Shown: piece after piece, positions 1-7,926 of the stretch
Layout of the letters: each line of letters begins with the position of its first letter
Position numbering within the stretch: position 1 is the stretch's first letter
NCBI GenBank assembly: GCA_963925805.1
Contig: CAWUSE010000004.1
Coordinates: 52,467 to 116,466, forward strand
Source: an uncultured Acidimicrobiales bacterium
GTDB taxonomy: Bacteria; Actinomycetota; Acidimicrobiia; Acidimicrobiales; UBA10347
Direction: 5' to 3'
DNA: 64,000 nt
Translations under genes and position numbers: made by a program
The notes under the pieces: model-generated
Told to the model about the DNA's origin: nothing
Database searches by the model: none
The model's input: the letters and a program-made list of their open reading frames with translations, nothing else

Positions 1-1521
1 CTCGCTTTTCCGTTGCGCCATGAATGCAAGCAAAGCCTCGTCGATGGACGAGTCCAGTGGTGGTGCTTCGTATTCGACCAGGAGTTGCTTCCATTTGGCG
101 TTGGCGCGCTGCGCTGATGTGAGGCTGCCTTCTTCTTCCCAGCTCTCAAAGCTGTCATTGTTGGCTTGCTCTGAGCGCCAGAACGCGGCTTCGAAGTTGG
201 CGAGCGTATGGGCATTGCCGAGGAAATGCTGGCCGTGTTCGTTGGTGCGGAATGCGTCCATTGCTTGGCCGTTCTCGGACATATCGATGCCGCGTCCATG
301 AACTGTCATAGCGCCAAGCTGGTCGGCGTCGAGAATGAGTTTCTCGTAGCCAATCGACAGACCGCCTTCTTGCCAGCCTGCGGCGTGAAGTACGAAGTTA
401 ACTCCGGCTTGCACCGTTGGGATCAGACTATGTGCAGACTCGTACGCGGCCTGGGCGTCGGGATACTTCGACGCGGTGAACTGGCCACCAGAACGGAATG
501 GGACACCGACGCGCCGGGCGAGTCCTGCCATGACATGGATGGCCTGACCGGCTTCGGGTGTGCCAAATGTTGGGGCGCCCGTTGCCATAGACATCGAGCT
601 GGCGAAGGTGCCGAAGATGACAGGAGCGCCGGGCCGCACAAGCTGGTAATAAGCCATGCCCGATAGTGCTTCGGCAAGTGACTGCGCAGCAAGACCGGCA
701 ACGGTCACCGGCGACATCGCCCCCGCCAGAATGAATGGCGAAAGGATCGAAGCCTGGTTCGCCTTGGCGTAGGCGGTCGCAGCGCCAAGCATTGTGCCGT
801 CCCAGCGCAGCGGTGACGAGGCATTGATCAGCGAGGTCATGACTGTGCGGTCTTGCAAGTCCCCGCCGAACGCGATGCGGCTCAGCTCGATGGAGTCCTG
901 GGCCCGTTCGGCTGCGGTAACTGACCCCATGTATGGCTTATCGCTGTATTTGATGTGCGAGTAGACCATATCGAGATGGCGCTTGTTGACAGGGGTGTCG
1001 ACTGGCTCACAGACGGTGCCGCCCGAATGGTGCAGATGCGGAAGCTGGTACACGAGCTTGACAATGTTCTGGAAGTCTTCGAGCGTGGCATATCTACGAC
1101 CGTTGTCGAGGTCCATAGCGAACGGTGAGCCGTAGTTGGGCGCGAACACCGTTGCGTTACCGCCGATCTGCACACTGCGTGCGGAGTTCCGAGCGTGCTG
1201 TGTGAACACCTTGGGTGCATTGTCCTGCACAAGCTGGCGACACATTCCTTTGGGGAAGTGGACCATGTCGCCCCGGACGTCGGCCCCGGCCTCTTTCCAG
1301 AGCTCAAGCGCCGACGGGAAGTCCTGGAAGGCAACACCAACTTCTTCCAGGATGATGTCGGCGTTCGCTTCGATTGTGGCGTACGCCTCATCGTCAATCA
1401 GGTCGACCGGCGCGAGTCGGCGTTCAAGCCACGCTGCGGTTTCGGTCTTAGTCGCGCGCGCGGCTTGGCGGCCTGAGCGGCCACCTCCGCGGCGGCCCTT
1501 ACGTGCGGGTGCATCAGACAT
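1..1521 (-). CDS. MttB-superfamily (non-pyrrolysine) methylamine/quaternary-amine:corrinoid methyltransferase; 3' end cut by window edge
   Basis: Absent from the ORF track because there is no stop in the window. My own translation of the minus strand from ATG at 1521 (GGAG 7 nt upstream) stays open for 507 codons to base 1: MSDAPARKGRRGGGRSGRQAAR...GGNATVFAPNYGSPFAMDLDNGRRYATLEDFQNIVKLVYQLPHLHHSGGTVCEPVDTPVNKRHLDMVYSHIKYSDKPYMG... This reads as the COG5598/MttB TIM-barrel family. No in-frame TAG. Confidence 0.85.
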   Translation of the reverse strand, partial: MSDAPARKGRRGGGRSGRQAARATKTETAAWLERRLAPVDLIDDEAYATIEANADIILEEVGVAFQDFPSALELWKEAGADVRGDMVHFPKGMCRQLVQDNAPKVFTQHARNSARSVQIGGNATVFAPNYGSPFAMDLDNGRRYATLEDFQNIVKLVYQLPHLHHSGGTVCEPVDTPVNKRHLDMVYSHIKYSDKPYMGSVTAAERAQDSIELSRIAFGGDLQDRTVMTSLINASSPLRWDGTMLGAATAYAKANQASILSPFILAGAMSPVTVAGLAAQSLAEALSGMAYYQLVRPGAPVIFGTFASSMSMATGAPTFGTPEAGQAIHVMAGLARRVGVPFRSGGQFTASKYPDAQAAYESAHSLIPTVQAGVNFVLHAAGWQEGGLSIGYEKLILDADQLGAMTVHGRGIDMSENGQAMDAFRTNEHGQHFLGNAHTLANFEAAFWRSEQANNDSFESWEEEGSLTSAQRANAKWKQLLVEYEAPPLDSSIDEALLAFMAQRKSE

Positions 1522-1548
1522 ATTGGATCTCCTAGGTGCTGGTTGGTA

Positions 1549-3534
1549 TCAGCGACGGCGTGAGCGGCGTCGACGCCCGCCCTCGTGTGCGGCCTTTGGT
1601 GCGGTGGAACGGGGGAAGCCGAGTGCGGTCACGAAGTGCTCTTGGAAACGGGGTTCGGTTGCCGTCTCAATTTTGATCACGTCCTGAACCACGGCTTCCA
1701 CTTGGGTGCGTTGCTCTGCGCTCAATAAGAGCCGGACGGCGCCACTGCCCGCAGAATTTCCCACGGCGTGCACATTGGCGACGTCGATCTCAGGGATCAG
1801 CCCGACGACCATTGCATGGGTGGGGTCGATGTGGGCCCCGAAGGCGCCAGCCAGCCGAATTTCATCGACAGCCGAGAGTCCGGCGTGTTCCATCAGCAGG
1901 TCGATTCCCGCTTTTAGAGCAGCTTTGGCTAGTTGTATTGCTCGGACATCGGCCTGGGTTACGAAGATGTCTGCGACGAGCAGGAAGTTGTAGGTGCGGC
2001 CGTCTTCGACGATGCGGTCAGTGTCGGTGGCGAGCTCGCCCCTGATCACACCAGAGTGGTCGATGATGCCCGCGCTGACCATCTCCGAGATCGCCTCGAT
2101 GATTCCGGATCCACAGATACCGGTGATTCCTGAAGCGTCGATTTCCGCGCTGAAACCGATCTCATTTGACCAGAGATCCGAGCCGATGACCTTGAAAATG
2201 ACGTCATAGGTATCACGATCAATAGCGACTCGCTCGATGGCCCCTGCCGTTGCTCGCTGACCGGAACTGATCTGAGCGCCTTCAAATGCCGGGCCGGTTG
2301 GGCTGGAGCACGCGAACAGTTGCTGGCTGTTGCCGAGCACGATCTCGGCATTGGTCCCAACATCTACTAAGAGCTGGATGGCGTCTGAGCGGTGCGGCCC
2401 TTCGTTGAGGATCGCGGCGGCAGTATCTGCACCCACATGGCCGGCAATACATGGGGCCACGTACAGCATCGCGTTCGGCAGGTCGAGTTCGATATGGGCT
2501 GCAGTGGCGGCGAACGCGCCCTCGATCGCGAGTGGGAACGGCGACTGGCCGAGTGGTGTTGGGTCGAGCCCGAGCACCAGATGGTGCATGATCGGGTTGC
2601 CGACGAGGGTGACATCGACGATACGTGAGCGTTCAATACCGGCAGTTTCGCATAGCTCGGTGACGATCTGGTTTAGCGCAGCCCGCACTTCCTTAGTGAG
2701 CTCTGCCTCACCACCTGGATTCATCATTACGTAGCTCACGCGACTCATCAGGTCTTCGCCAAACCTGATCTGGGGGTTCATCTGCCCTGCGGTCGATAGA
2801 ACTTCGCCGTTCGCCAGGTCGATGAGATGGCCAGCGATCGTGGTTGAGCCAACGTCGACGGCTACGCCCATCAAACGATCGATATAACCGGGCCAGAAAG
2901 CAGCCACCGAAGTGCCACCGCTGCGACGTTCGAGCGCGACTGTGATGTTGGACCGGAAGTTATCGAGTGCGACGGTTCGACGAGGTCCGTTCAGCGTCAC
3001 GCCCCACTGAGCGTCCAACGCTTGGGCGATTCCACCAGCTTCGGCCACATCCGTCAGGTAGTGCAGCGAGTAGATCGGGTCGATAACGAGTTCACCGACA
3101 TCGACTGTTTTGCGGATGACCTGCTTGTGTATCTGGCTCTCGGGGGGAATATCGATGACGATATTGCCGCAGATCTTGGCCGAGCAGCCAAGCCGTCTAC
3201 CTTCGACGATGGCCCGCTTGCCTGCGTAGCTCTCTTCGAGAAGGCCCCACGGCGATAGTGCTCTATCGTCGACGGTGATGGCCCATTTTGCGAATTCACC
3301 GGTGCTCGGCTTGATCTGGCAGCGCCCACAGATTCCGCGTCCACCACAGACCGTGTCGAGGTCAGCGCCGAGTTGCACCGCAGCATCGAGCACCGTCGTA
3401 CCGTCTGCGACCGCCCCGCTGAGGCCTGAGGGCGTGAAGACAACAGTATGAGAACCTGAGCTATCGGAGGCTGGTGCTGGTGCGACGGCGCGAGCGTTGG
3501 CTGGTGCTGCTGCGACGGCGCGAAGTTCGGTCAT
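1549..3534 (-). CDS. Corrinoid reductive activase (RACo/RamA-like): 2Fe-2S ferredoxin domain fused to an ASKHA-type ATPase (DUF4445)
   Basis: 661 aa. Has the N-terminal CGGRGICGRCQ cluster motif, then actin/sugar-kinase-like ATPase segments (VAVDVGSTTIAGHL, LLVDVGTNAEIV, ICGSGII). Ends 27 nt before the MttB start and begins 10 nt after the MT2 stop. Confidence 0.8.
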   Translation of the reverse strand: MTELRAVAAAPANARAVAPAPASDSSGSHTVVFTPSGLSGAVADGTTVLDAAVQLGADLDTVCGGRGICGRCQIKPSTGEFAKWAITVDDRALSPWGLLEESYAGKRAIVEGRRLGCSAKICGNIVIDIPPESQIHKQVIRKTVDVGELVIDPIYSLHYLTDVAEAGGIAQALDAQWGVTLNGPRRTVALDNFRSNITVALERRSGGTSVAAFWPGYIDRLMGVAVDVGSTTIAGHLIDLANGEVLSTAGQMNPQIRFGEDLMSRVSYVMMNPGGEAELTKEVRAALNQIVTELCETAGIERSRIVDVTLVGNPIMHHLVLGLDPTPLGQSPFPLAIEGAFAATAAHIELDLPNAMLYVAPCIAGHVGADTAAAILNEGPHRSDAIQLLVDVGTNAEIVLGNSQQLFACSSPTGPAFEGAQISSGQRATAGAIERVAIDRDTYDVIFKVIGSDLWSNEIGFSAEIDASGITGICGSGIIEAISEMVSAGIIDHSGVIRGELATDTDRIVEDGRTYNFLLVADIFVTQADVRAIQLAKAALKAGIDLLMEHAGLSAVDEIRLAGAFGAHIDPTHAMVVGLIPEIDVANVHAVGNSAGSGAVRLLLSAEQRTQVEAVVQDVIKIETATEPRFQEHFVTALGFPRSTAPKAAHEGGRRRRSRRR

Positions 3535-3544
3535 GACAGGCTAC

Positions 3545-4450
3545 TCAGCCCCGTCGGCGGCGACCGCCAGCGCGTCGGCGGGCTGCGCCTTCGCCACCGC
3601 CTGCGGTGGGGTCACGATTCGCAGCGATCCATGCCGCGCAGTTTTGATCGTTGCCGGTCAGGACATCGGCGGCCATGATGGCGGTCGTGACTTCGCTGTG
3701 AAGCGGATTCATGATTGCACTCGTCATGCCTGCGCCCATGGCCATTGAGAGGAAGGCGCCGGTGATGTTGTGTTTGTTGGGCAGCCCAAAACTCACGTTC
3801 GAGGCCCCGCAGATCGTGTTGACGTGCAATTCTTCGCGCAGGCGCCGAACCAGGCGAAACACCTGTTGGCCAGCAGTGCCCATCGCCCCGATCGGCATGA
3901 CTAATGGATCCACAATCACGTCGCTATGGTGGATGCCATGGTCAGCAGCTCGCTCAACGATCTTTTTGGCTACGGCAAACCGGACATCAGGGTCCTCGCT
4001 AATGCCAGTCTCATCATTGCTGATGGCCACCACTGCAGCGCCCGACTTTTTTACTAACGGGAGCACTCGTTCTAGGACGTCATCTTCGCCGGTTACCGAG
4101 TTGATGAGTGGTTTACCCTGATAGACCTCAATACCGGCTTCGAGCGCCTCGATGATCGATGAGTCGATCGCCAGCGGGACATCGGTTATTGACTGCACCA
4201 GTTTGATGGCTTGGGCCAGCATGGCCGGTTCATCGGCTAACGGGATGCCTGCATTCACATCGAGCATGTGGGCGCCGGCGGCGACCTGCGCCAATGCATC
4301 GGCTTCGACCCGGCTGAAGTCGCCGTCCTTCATCTCTTGCGCCAATAGCTTGCGCCCTGTCGGGTTGATGCGCTCACCGATCATCACAAACGGGCGATCG
4401 AATCCGATTACCACATCCTTGGTTGCCGAGCTGATAACGGTTTCGGTCAT
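3545..4450 (-). CDS. Methyltetrahydrofolate:corrinoid methyltransferase (pterin-binding, MeTr/AcsE/MtgA-like MT2)
   Basis: Pterin-binding barrel signature: FVMIGERINPTGRKLLAQEM, HMLDVNAG, PLAIDSS, PLINSVTGE, ICGASNVSFGLP. I prefer the internal ATG at 4450 (GAGGA 5 nt upstream) over the ORF-track start at 4582. The extra 44 aa look non-protein-like and would overlap the upstream gene. Confidence 0.8.
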   Translation of the reverse strand: MTETVISSATKDVVIGFDRPFVMIGERINPTGRKLLAQEMKDGDFSRVEADALAQVAAGAHMLDVNAGIPLADEPAMLAQAIKLVQSITDVPLAIDSSIIEALEAGIEVYQGKPLINSVTGEDDVLERVLPLVKKSGAAVVAISNDETGISEDPDVRFAVAKKIVERAADHGIHHSDVIVDPLVMPIGAMGTAGQQVFRLVRRLREELHVNTICGASNVSFGLPNKHNITGAFLSMAMGAGMTSAIMNPLHSEVTTAIMAADVLTGNDQNCAAWIAANRDPTAGGGEGAARRRAGGRRRRG

Positions 4451-4541
4451 GTGTTCCTCGATGCGCTGCTCGCAGCGTCGATGCGCTGCGGGTCCTTTGC
4501 GGGTTCTTCTGGTTTCGTTGTTTGGGGGAGCCGATGCGTGA

Positions 4542-4880
4542 TCATGGGGTGAGGCCGCCGTTGTCGATGAGCTTGCGAACACGCTCGCTTGTGTAGAGGC
4601 CGTGCAGTCGCGCTGCTTCGGATTGGGCGATCGCCTCAGGATCGCCAGCGCACGGCTCGCTTACCCGGCGCCACTGCAGGACATAGTCGTCAGCGTTTGT
4701 TAGGCCGGCCACACCTGCAGCGCTGTCGATGGCGAGTTGAAACCGCTTTTCGAGCAGCCACGAGCTTTTTTTGCCGTTGGTTGTAGCGGTCACTTGCGCA
4801 GGAATATCGCGCCAGTAGATAGTGACCATTTCATTGACCTTGGTTCGACGGCGGCGCCGAGGCGCATCGACCGAGTCCAT
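4542..4880 (-). CDS. Small conserved protein of unknown function (the family annotated 'virulence factor' that accompanies MttB/corrinoid operons)
   Basis: Core MVTIYWRDIPAQVTA...LEKRFQLAIDSAAG...DDYVLQWRR matches my memory of the YWRDIPAQV small-protein family. The start is taken at the ATG overlapping the upstream stop (TGATG at 4878-4882); an alternative ATG lies at 4829. Confidence 0.55.
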   Translation of the reverse strand: MDSVDAPRRRRRTKVNEMVTIYWRDIPAQVTATTNGKKSSWLLEKRFQLAIDSAAGVAGLTNADDYVLQWRRVSEPCAGDPEAIAQSEAARLHGLYTSERVRKLIDNGGLTP

Positions 4881-5590
4881 CAGGCGGCAGCGCGTCGGGC
4901 TGAGACCATAGTTGTGGCCATCTCGGCGGCGACCGCAGCATCGCGGCAATACCCGTCGGCGCCGATGGCATCACCGAACTCCTGGTTTAGTGGCGCACCA
5001 CCAACCAAGATGATGTAGTCGTCGCGCAGGCCTTTCTCGGTCATTGTGTCGATGACGACCTTCATGTACGGCATCGTCGTAGTGAGCAGAGCGGACATTC
5101 CCAAGATGTCTGGCTGATGTTCCTCGAGCGCGGCTAGGTATTCGTCGACATCGGTGTTGATCCCCAGGTCGATGACTTCGAAGCCAGCGCCCTCCATCAT
5201 CATCGCAACCAGGTTCTTACCAATGTCGTGGATATCGCCTTTGACGGTGCCGATTACGACTTTGCCGACAGGCTTGGCGCCTGTTTCGGCGAGTAGCGGG
5301 CGCAGGATGAACATGCCGGCCTTCATGGCGTTCGCAGCTAAGAGGACCTCAGGGACGAACAGGATTCCGTCGCGAAAATCGATCCCGACGATGCGCATTC
5401 CTTCGACAAGAGCGTCACTGAGTACCTTGTCGGCGCTCCATCCTCGTTTAAGCAGGATGTTTGTGCCCTCGGTTATCTCGTCGGCGAGACCGTCGTAGAG
5501 ATCATCGTGCATCTGGGCGGTCAAATCGTCGTCGTCGAGTTCGGCCAGGATGATCTCGTCATCTTCGTCGGGTGCTTCATTGTCAGCCAC
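4880..5590 (-). CDS. Cobalamin-binding corrinoid carrier protein (MtgC/MtmC-like)
   Basis: 236 aa. B12-binding helical cap followed by a Rossmann domain with the DxHxxG motif (VKGDIHDIGKN), SALLTTT and GGAPLNQEF. Has an unusually acidic roughly 30-aa N-terminal extension (MADNEAPDEDDEIILAELDDDDL...). Confidence 0.85.
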   Translation of the reverse strand: MADNEAPDEDDEIILAELDDDDLTAQMHDDLYDGLADEITEGTNILLKRGWSADKVLSDALVEGMRIVGIDFRDGILFVPEVLLAANAMKAGMFILRPLLAETGAKPVGKVVIGTVKGDIHDIGKNLVAMMMEGAGFEVIDLGINTDVDEYLAALEEHQPDILGMSALLTTTMPYMKVVIDTMTEKGLRDDYIILVGGAPLNQEFGDAIGADGYCRDAAVAAEMATTMVSARRAAA

Positions 5591-5753
5591 AGTTCAGCCT
5601 CAACTCAGTTGTTACCTACAGGCAAGCGGCACGTCGGGCACGTTGTACCGCATTGTGGAACGGTACCGTATCACGGAACAATAGGGCTGGGGTGGGAGTG
5701 GCCCGGACGCCAGTCTCAAGCGCCTCCTGAATGTGTAGTTGGCGTGAAAACGT

Positions 5754-5786
5754 GTCAATGCCCGGCCGTTTGAGCCGGGCATTGAC
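5754..5786 (-). terminator. Rho-independent-type terminator hairpin downstream of the flp gene
   Basis: Perfect 13-bp stem GTCAATGCCCGGC / GCCGGGCATTGAC with a 7-nt loop. On the minus strand it is followed by ACGTTTTC. It lies 70 nt after the flp stop. Confidence 0.6.
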
Positions 5787-5855
5787 ATAGTGATGTTGAT
5801 TTACAGATGGTGACCAGCCACCTTGCTCAGCGCTAGCACCCCAGACTCACTGGAC

Positions 5856-6056
5856 CTATGGGGCGGCGGGGATGCCGGCGTCTAGTTGGGTTTGGGCTGA
5901 TGTGAAAACACCTTTGATGCTTTGGCCAAATGCTGCCAGAACAATGATTGCTGCGAGAGCAACGAGGGCGAGGAGCAGGCCGTATTCAGCCATTGCTGCG
6001 CCGCGTTCTCTGCGATCTGCAGCCACGTTTTGGAGATGAACTATTATTTTGATCAT
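5856..6056 (-). CDS. flp: Flp/Fap family type IVb pilin precursor
   Basis: MIKIIVHLQNVAADRRERG|AAMAEYGLLLALVALAAIIVLAAF has the Flp prepilin motif (G/xxxxEYG followed by a hydrophobic helix). Start taken at ATG 6056; the ORF-track extension to 6125 is AT-rich leader. Confidence 0.7.
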   Translation of the reverse strand: MIKIIVHLQNVAADRRERGAAMAEYGLLLALVALAAIIVLAAFGQSIKGVFTSAQTQLDAGIPAAP

Positions 6057-6248
6057 TAGTTCCGTCTTTCTAAAAAATCGATCAGGCCGGGTGCCAGTGG
6101 ATACGTGACCCATCGGCCCCACCATATAAGTGCTTAGCTTTTAAATTAATTCCATACTCAGTTTAACAGATAATGGGCCGTATGGCCCGGGTGGGTCGTT
6201 TCGAGTCCGTATGGCCAAGGATTTTGCAGCAACGTGTAATCCGTCGAC

Positions 6249-6866
6249 GTGCAGGCCGTTGTTGCTACTGGGTATCGAATCTCGATATCGCTCGAAAGGA
6301 AATACTCATATGGAAATGTTTGCGTCTTCTCCGCATACTCAGTGTGGGCAGCGTTGGCCAAAGCTTACGCTGGCTACCGCAGTCGTCCTGGCACTCTTTT
6401 TCTCCACCGTCGGGACCGCCGATGCTCAAACTGAACGAGCCCGTTCGCCGCAAGTTGAACCAGTGCGAGCTGCACTACAGGCCGAGACGTTGCGCCATGT
6501 CAGTTACTAGAAGGCAACTAGAAACACCCCTCAGCCACTGCCGACATTTCCGACGATGCGGGCACGGTGGTACTCAATTATGCGGCTGGTCCAAGCGGTG
6601 GCTCGCTTCGACAAATGTTCAGTGATTTATGTGAGTGGACATCTCGTTCCTATTCGCCTTATCCGGGTCTCCGAACAGCTTCTGGAGCCCTTGGCGACTT
6701 CAACGACAAGTTCATGGTGAACACCTGAGTGGTAGGTGGTGGCTACGTCGGAACGACACCTGGCCCTGTTCGTGCCACCCATCACAACTTTTCCTGCTGG
6801 CGACCCGATGACATTTTTCAGGTGCTCGTCTGGCCCGCAACGTGTAATTCGCCAATAATCTGGTAG
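6249..6866 (+). pseudogene. egtB: egtB (hercynine sulfoxide synthase) remnant; C-terminal FGE-sulfatase-like part only, with multiple in-frame stops
   Basis: One reading frame gives ...SLRQMFSDLCEWTSRSYSPYPGLRTASGALGDFNDKFMVNT*VVGGGYVGTTPGPVRATHHNFSCWRPDDIFQVL... This parallels the EgtB C-terminus as I recall it (GDVWEWTSSPY.PYPGF.P..GAVGEYNGKFM..QMVLRGGSCATP.GH.RA.YRNFF.PD.RWQF.GLR). In-frame stops at 6432, 6456, 6519 and 6726, with no frameshift. The N-terminal DinB half is absent. Confidence 0.6.
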
Positions 6867-6954
6867 CCAGCCCGCTCACGTCAGCTTCGCCCCTTATTCC
6901 TGCTCGATGCCTCGTGGCCCTACTGGCCTTACCCCCCAAAAAAGAGAAAACACA

Positions 6955-7926
6955 ATGACTGCCGCTCGTATTGATGTACACCTTGAACCCAGCTGGTGGC
7001 GAACGACGCTGGAACACGACGTGCGGACGGGGCTGGTCGCAGAGCAGCGCAGCATCCCTGCGAAATGGTTCTACGACGAAATCGGCTGCCAGCTATTTGA
7101 TGACATAACCAAGCTCGACGAGTACTACCCCTTTCGGGCTGAGCGCGACATCCTGGCGACGCGAGCGAACGAGATCGTCGCCGTAGCTGAAGCCGACACG
7201 TTGGTCGAACTTGGCTCTGGGACCAGCGAAAAGAGTCGCGTGTTACTCGATGCGATGGCGGATGCCCACGTGCTGAAGCGATACGTGCCATTCGACGTTA
7301 GCGAAGAGACATTGCGTTCGGCCGCGGATCAAATAGCGACCGACTATCCCGGCACCGCGGTGCACGGCATCGTGGGTGACTTCGATCGACACATCCCTCT
7401 CGTACCTATTGGAGGAATGGGCATGGTGGCTTTTTTGGGTAGCACGATTGGCAATTTCGAGCCCAGCGCTCGTAAGCGCTTCATCGCCGACGTTGTCGCG
7501 GCGCTTGAACCCGATGGCACCTTCTTGCTGGGCACTGACCTGGTCAAGGATCCGGACCGCTTGTGGGCGGCATACAACGATGCGAAGGGCGTGACGGCTC
7601 AGTTCAATCTGAACATGCTCACCATGATCAACCGTGAGTTGAACGCAGACTTTGACCTCGATCAATTTGAGCATGCTGCCGACTGGGATGCCGACAACGA
7701 ATGGATTGATATCCGCGTTCGAAGCAAGGTGGCCCAAACGGTGCAGGTGCGAGATCTGGACCTGGTCGTCGAGTTCGTGGCAGGAGAAGAGATGAAAACA
7801 GAGATCAGTGCCAAGTTTCGGCTTGGGGGCATAGCCGCTGAACTTGAAGCTGCAGGTTTGACTGTCGTCGAGCAATGGACAGACAGCTACGGTGACTTTG
7901 CAGTGACGCTCGCCCGCAAGCGCTGA
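6955..7926 (+). CDS. egtD: L-histidine N-alpha-methyltransferase EgtD (hercynine synthase)
   Basis: Co-linear with mycobacterial EgtD as I remember it: PKWFYD..G..LFD.IT.L.EYYP, DTLVELGSGTSEKSR.LLDAM, FLGSTIGN, LLGTDLVKD, GVTAQFN.N.L..INREL.ADFDLD.FEH. Start at ATG 6955 (MTAARIDVHL). Confidence 0.9.
   Translation: MTAARIDVHLEPSWWRTTLEHDVRTGLVAEQRSIPAKWFYDEIGCQLFDDITKLDEYYPFRAERDILATRANEIVAVAEADTLVELGSGTSEKSRVLLDAMADAHVLKRYVPFDVSEETLRSAADQIATDYPGTAVHGIVGDFDRHIPLVPIGGMGMVAFLGSTIGNFEPSARKRFIADVVAALEPDGTFLLGTDLVKDPDRLWAAYNDAKGVTAQFNLNMLTMINRELNADFDLDQFEHAADWDADNEWIDIRVRSKVAQTVQVRDLDLVVEFVAGEEMKTEISAKFRLGGIAAELEAAGLTVVEQWTDSYGDFAVTLARKR

Noticed and set aside
1-1521. Possible pyrrolysine (in-frame TAG) codon in the MttB-family gene
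   Set aside because: My translation of the whole visible frame (507 codons) has no internal TAG or other stop, so it belongs to the non-Pyl branch. The missing C-terminus beyond the window cannot be checked.
5591-5753. Cobalamin (or other) riboswitch in the 5' leader of the corrinoid operon
   Set aside because: Read on the minus strand, I found only a loose GGGCCACTCCC resemblance to the GCCACTG core. There is no B12-box-like sequence and no GGTG...AA element, so no covariance-model-quality match can be claimed. A small GTACCG/CGGTAC hairpin alone is not evidence.
6190-6216. tRNA-like T-arm string (GTTTCGAGTCC)
   Set aside because: The flanking bases do not form a T-stem, and no acceptor or anticodon arms can be folded around it. 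It is not a tRNA or tRNA fragment that I can support.
6211-6510. 99-aa ORF with a signal-peptide-like segment (KLTLATAVVLALFFSTVGTADA)
   Set aside because: It lies in a different frame over the same DNA that carries EgtB-like similarity (the egtB remnant). It is more likely a chance ORF in a decaying gene. I keep it as unproven rather than calling a secreted protein.
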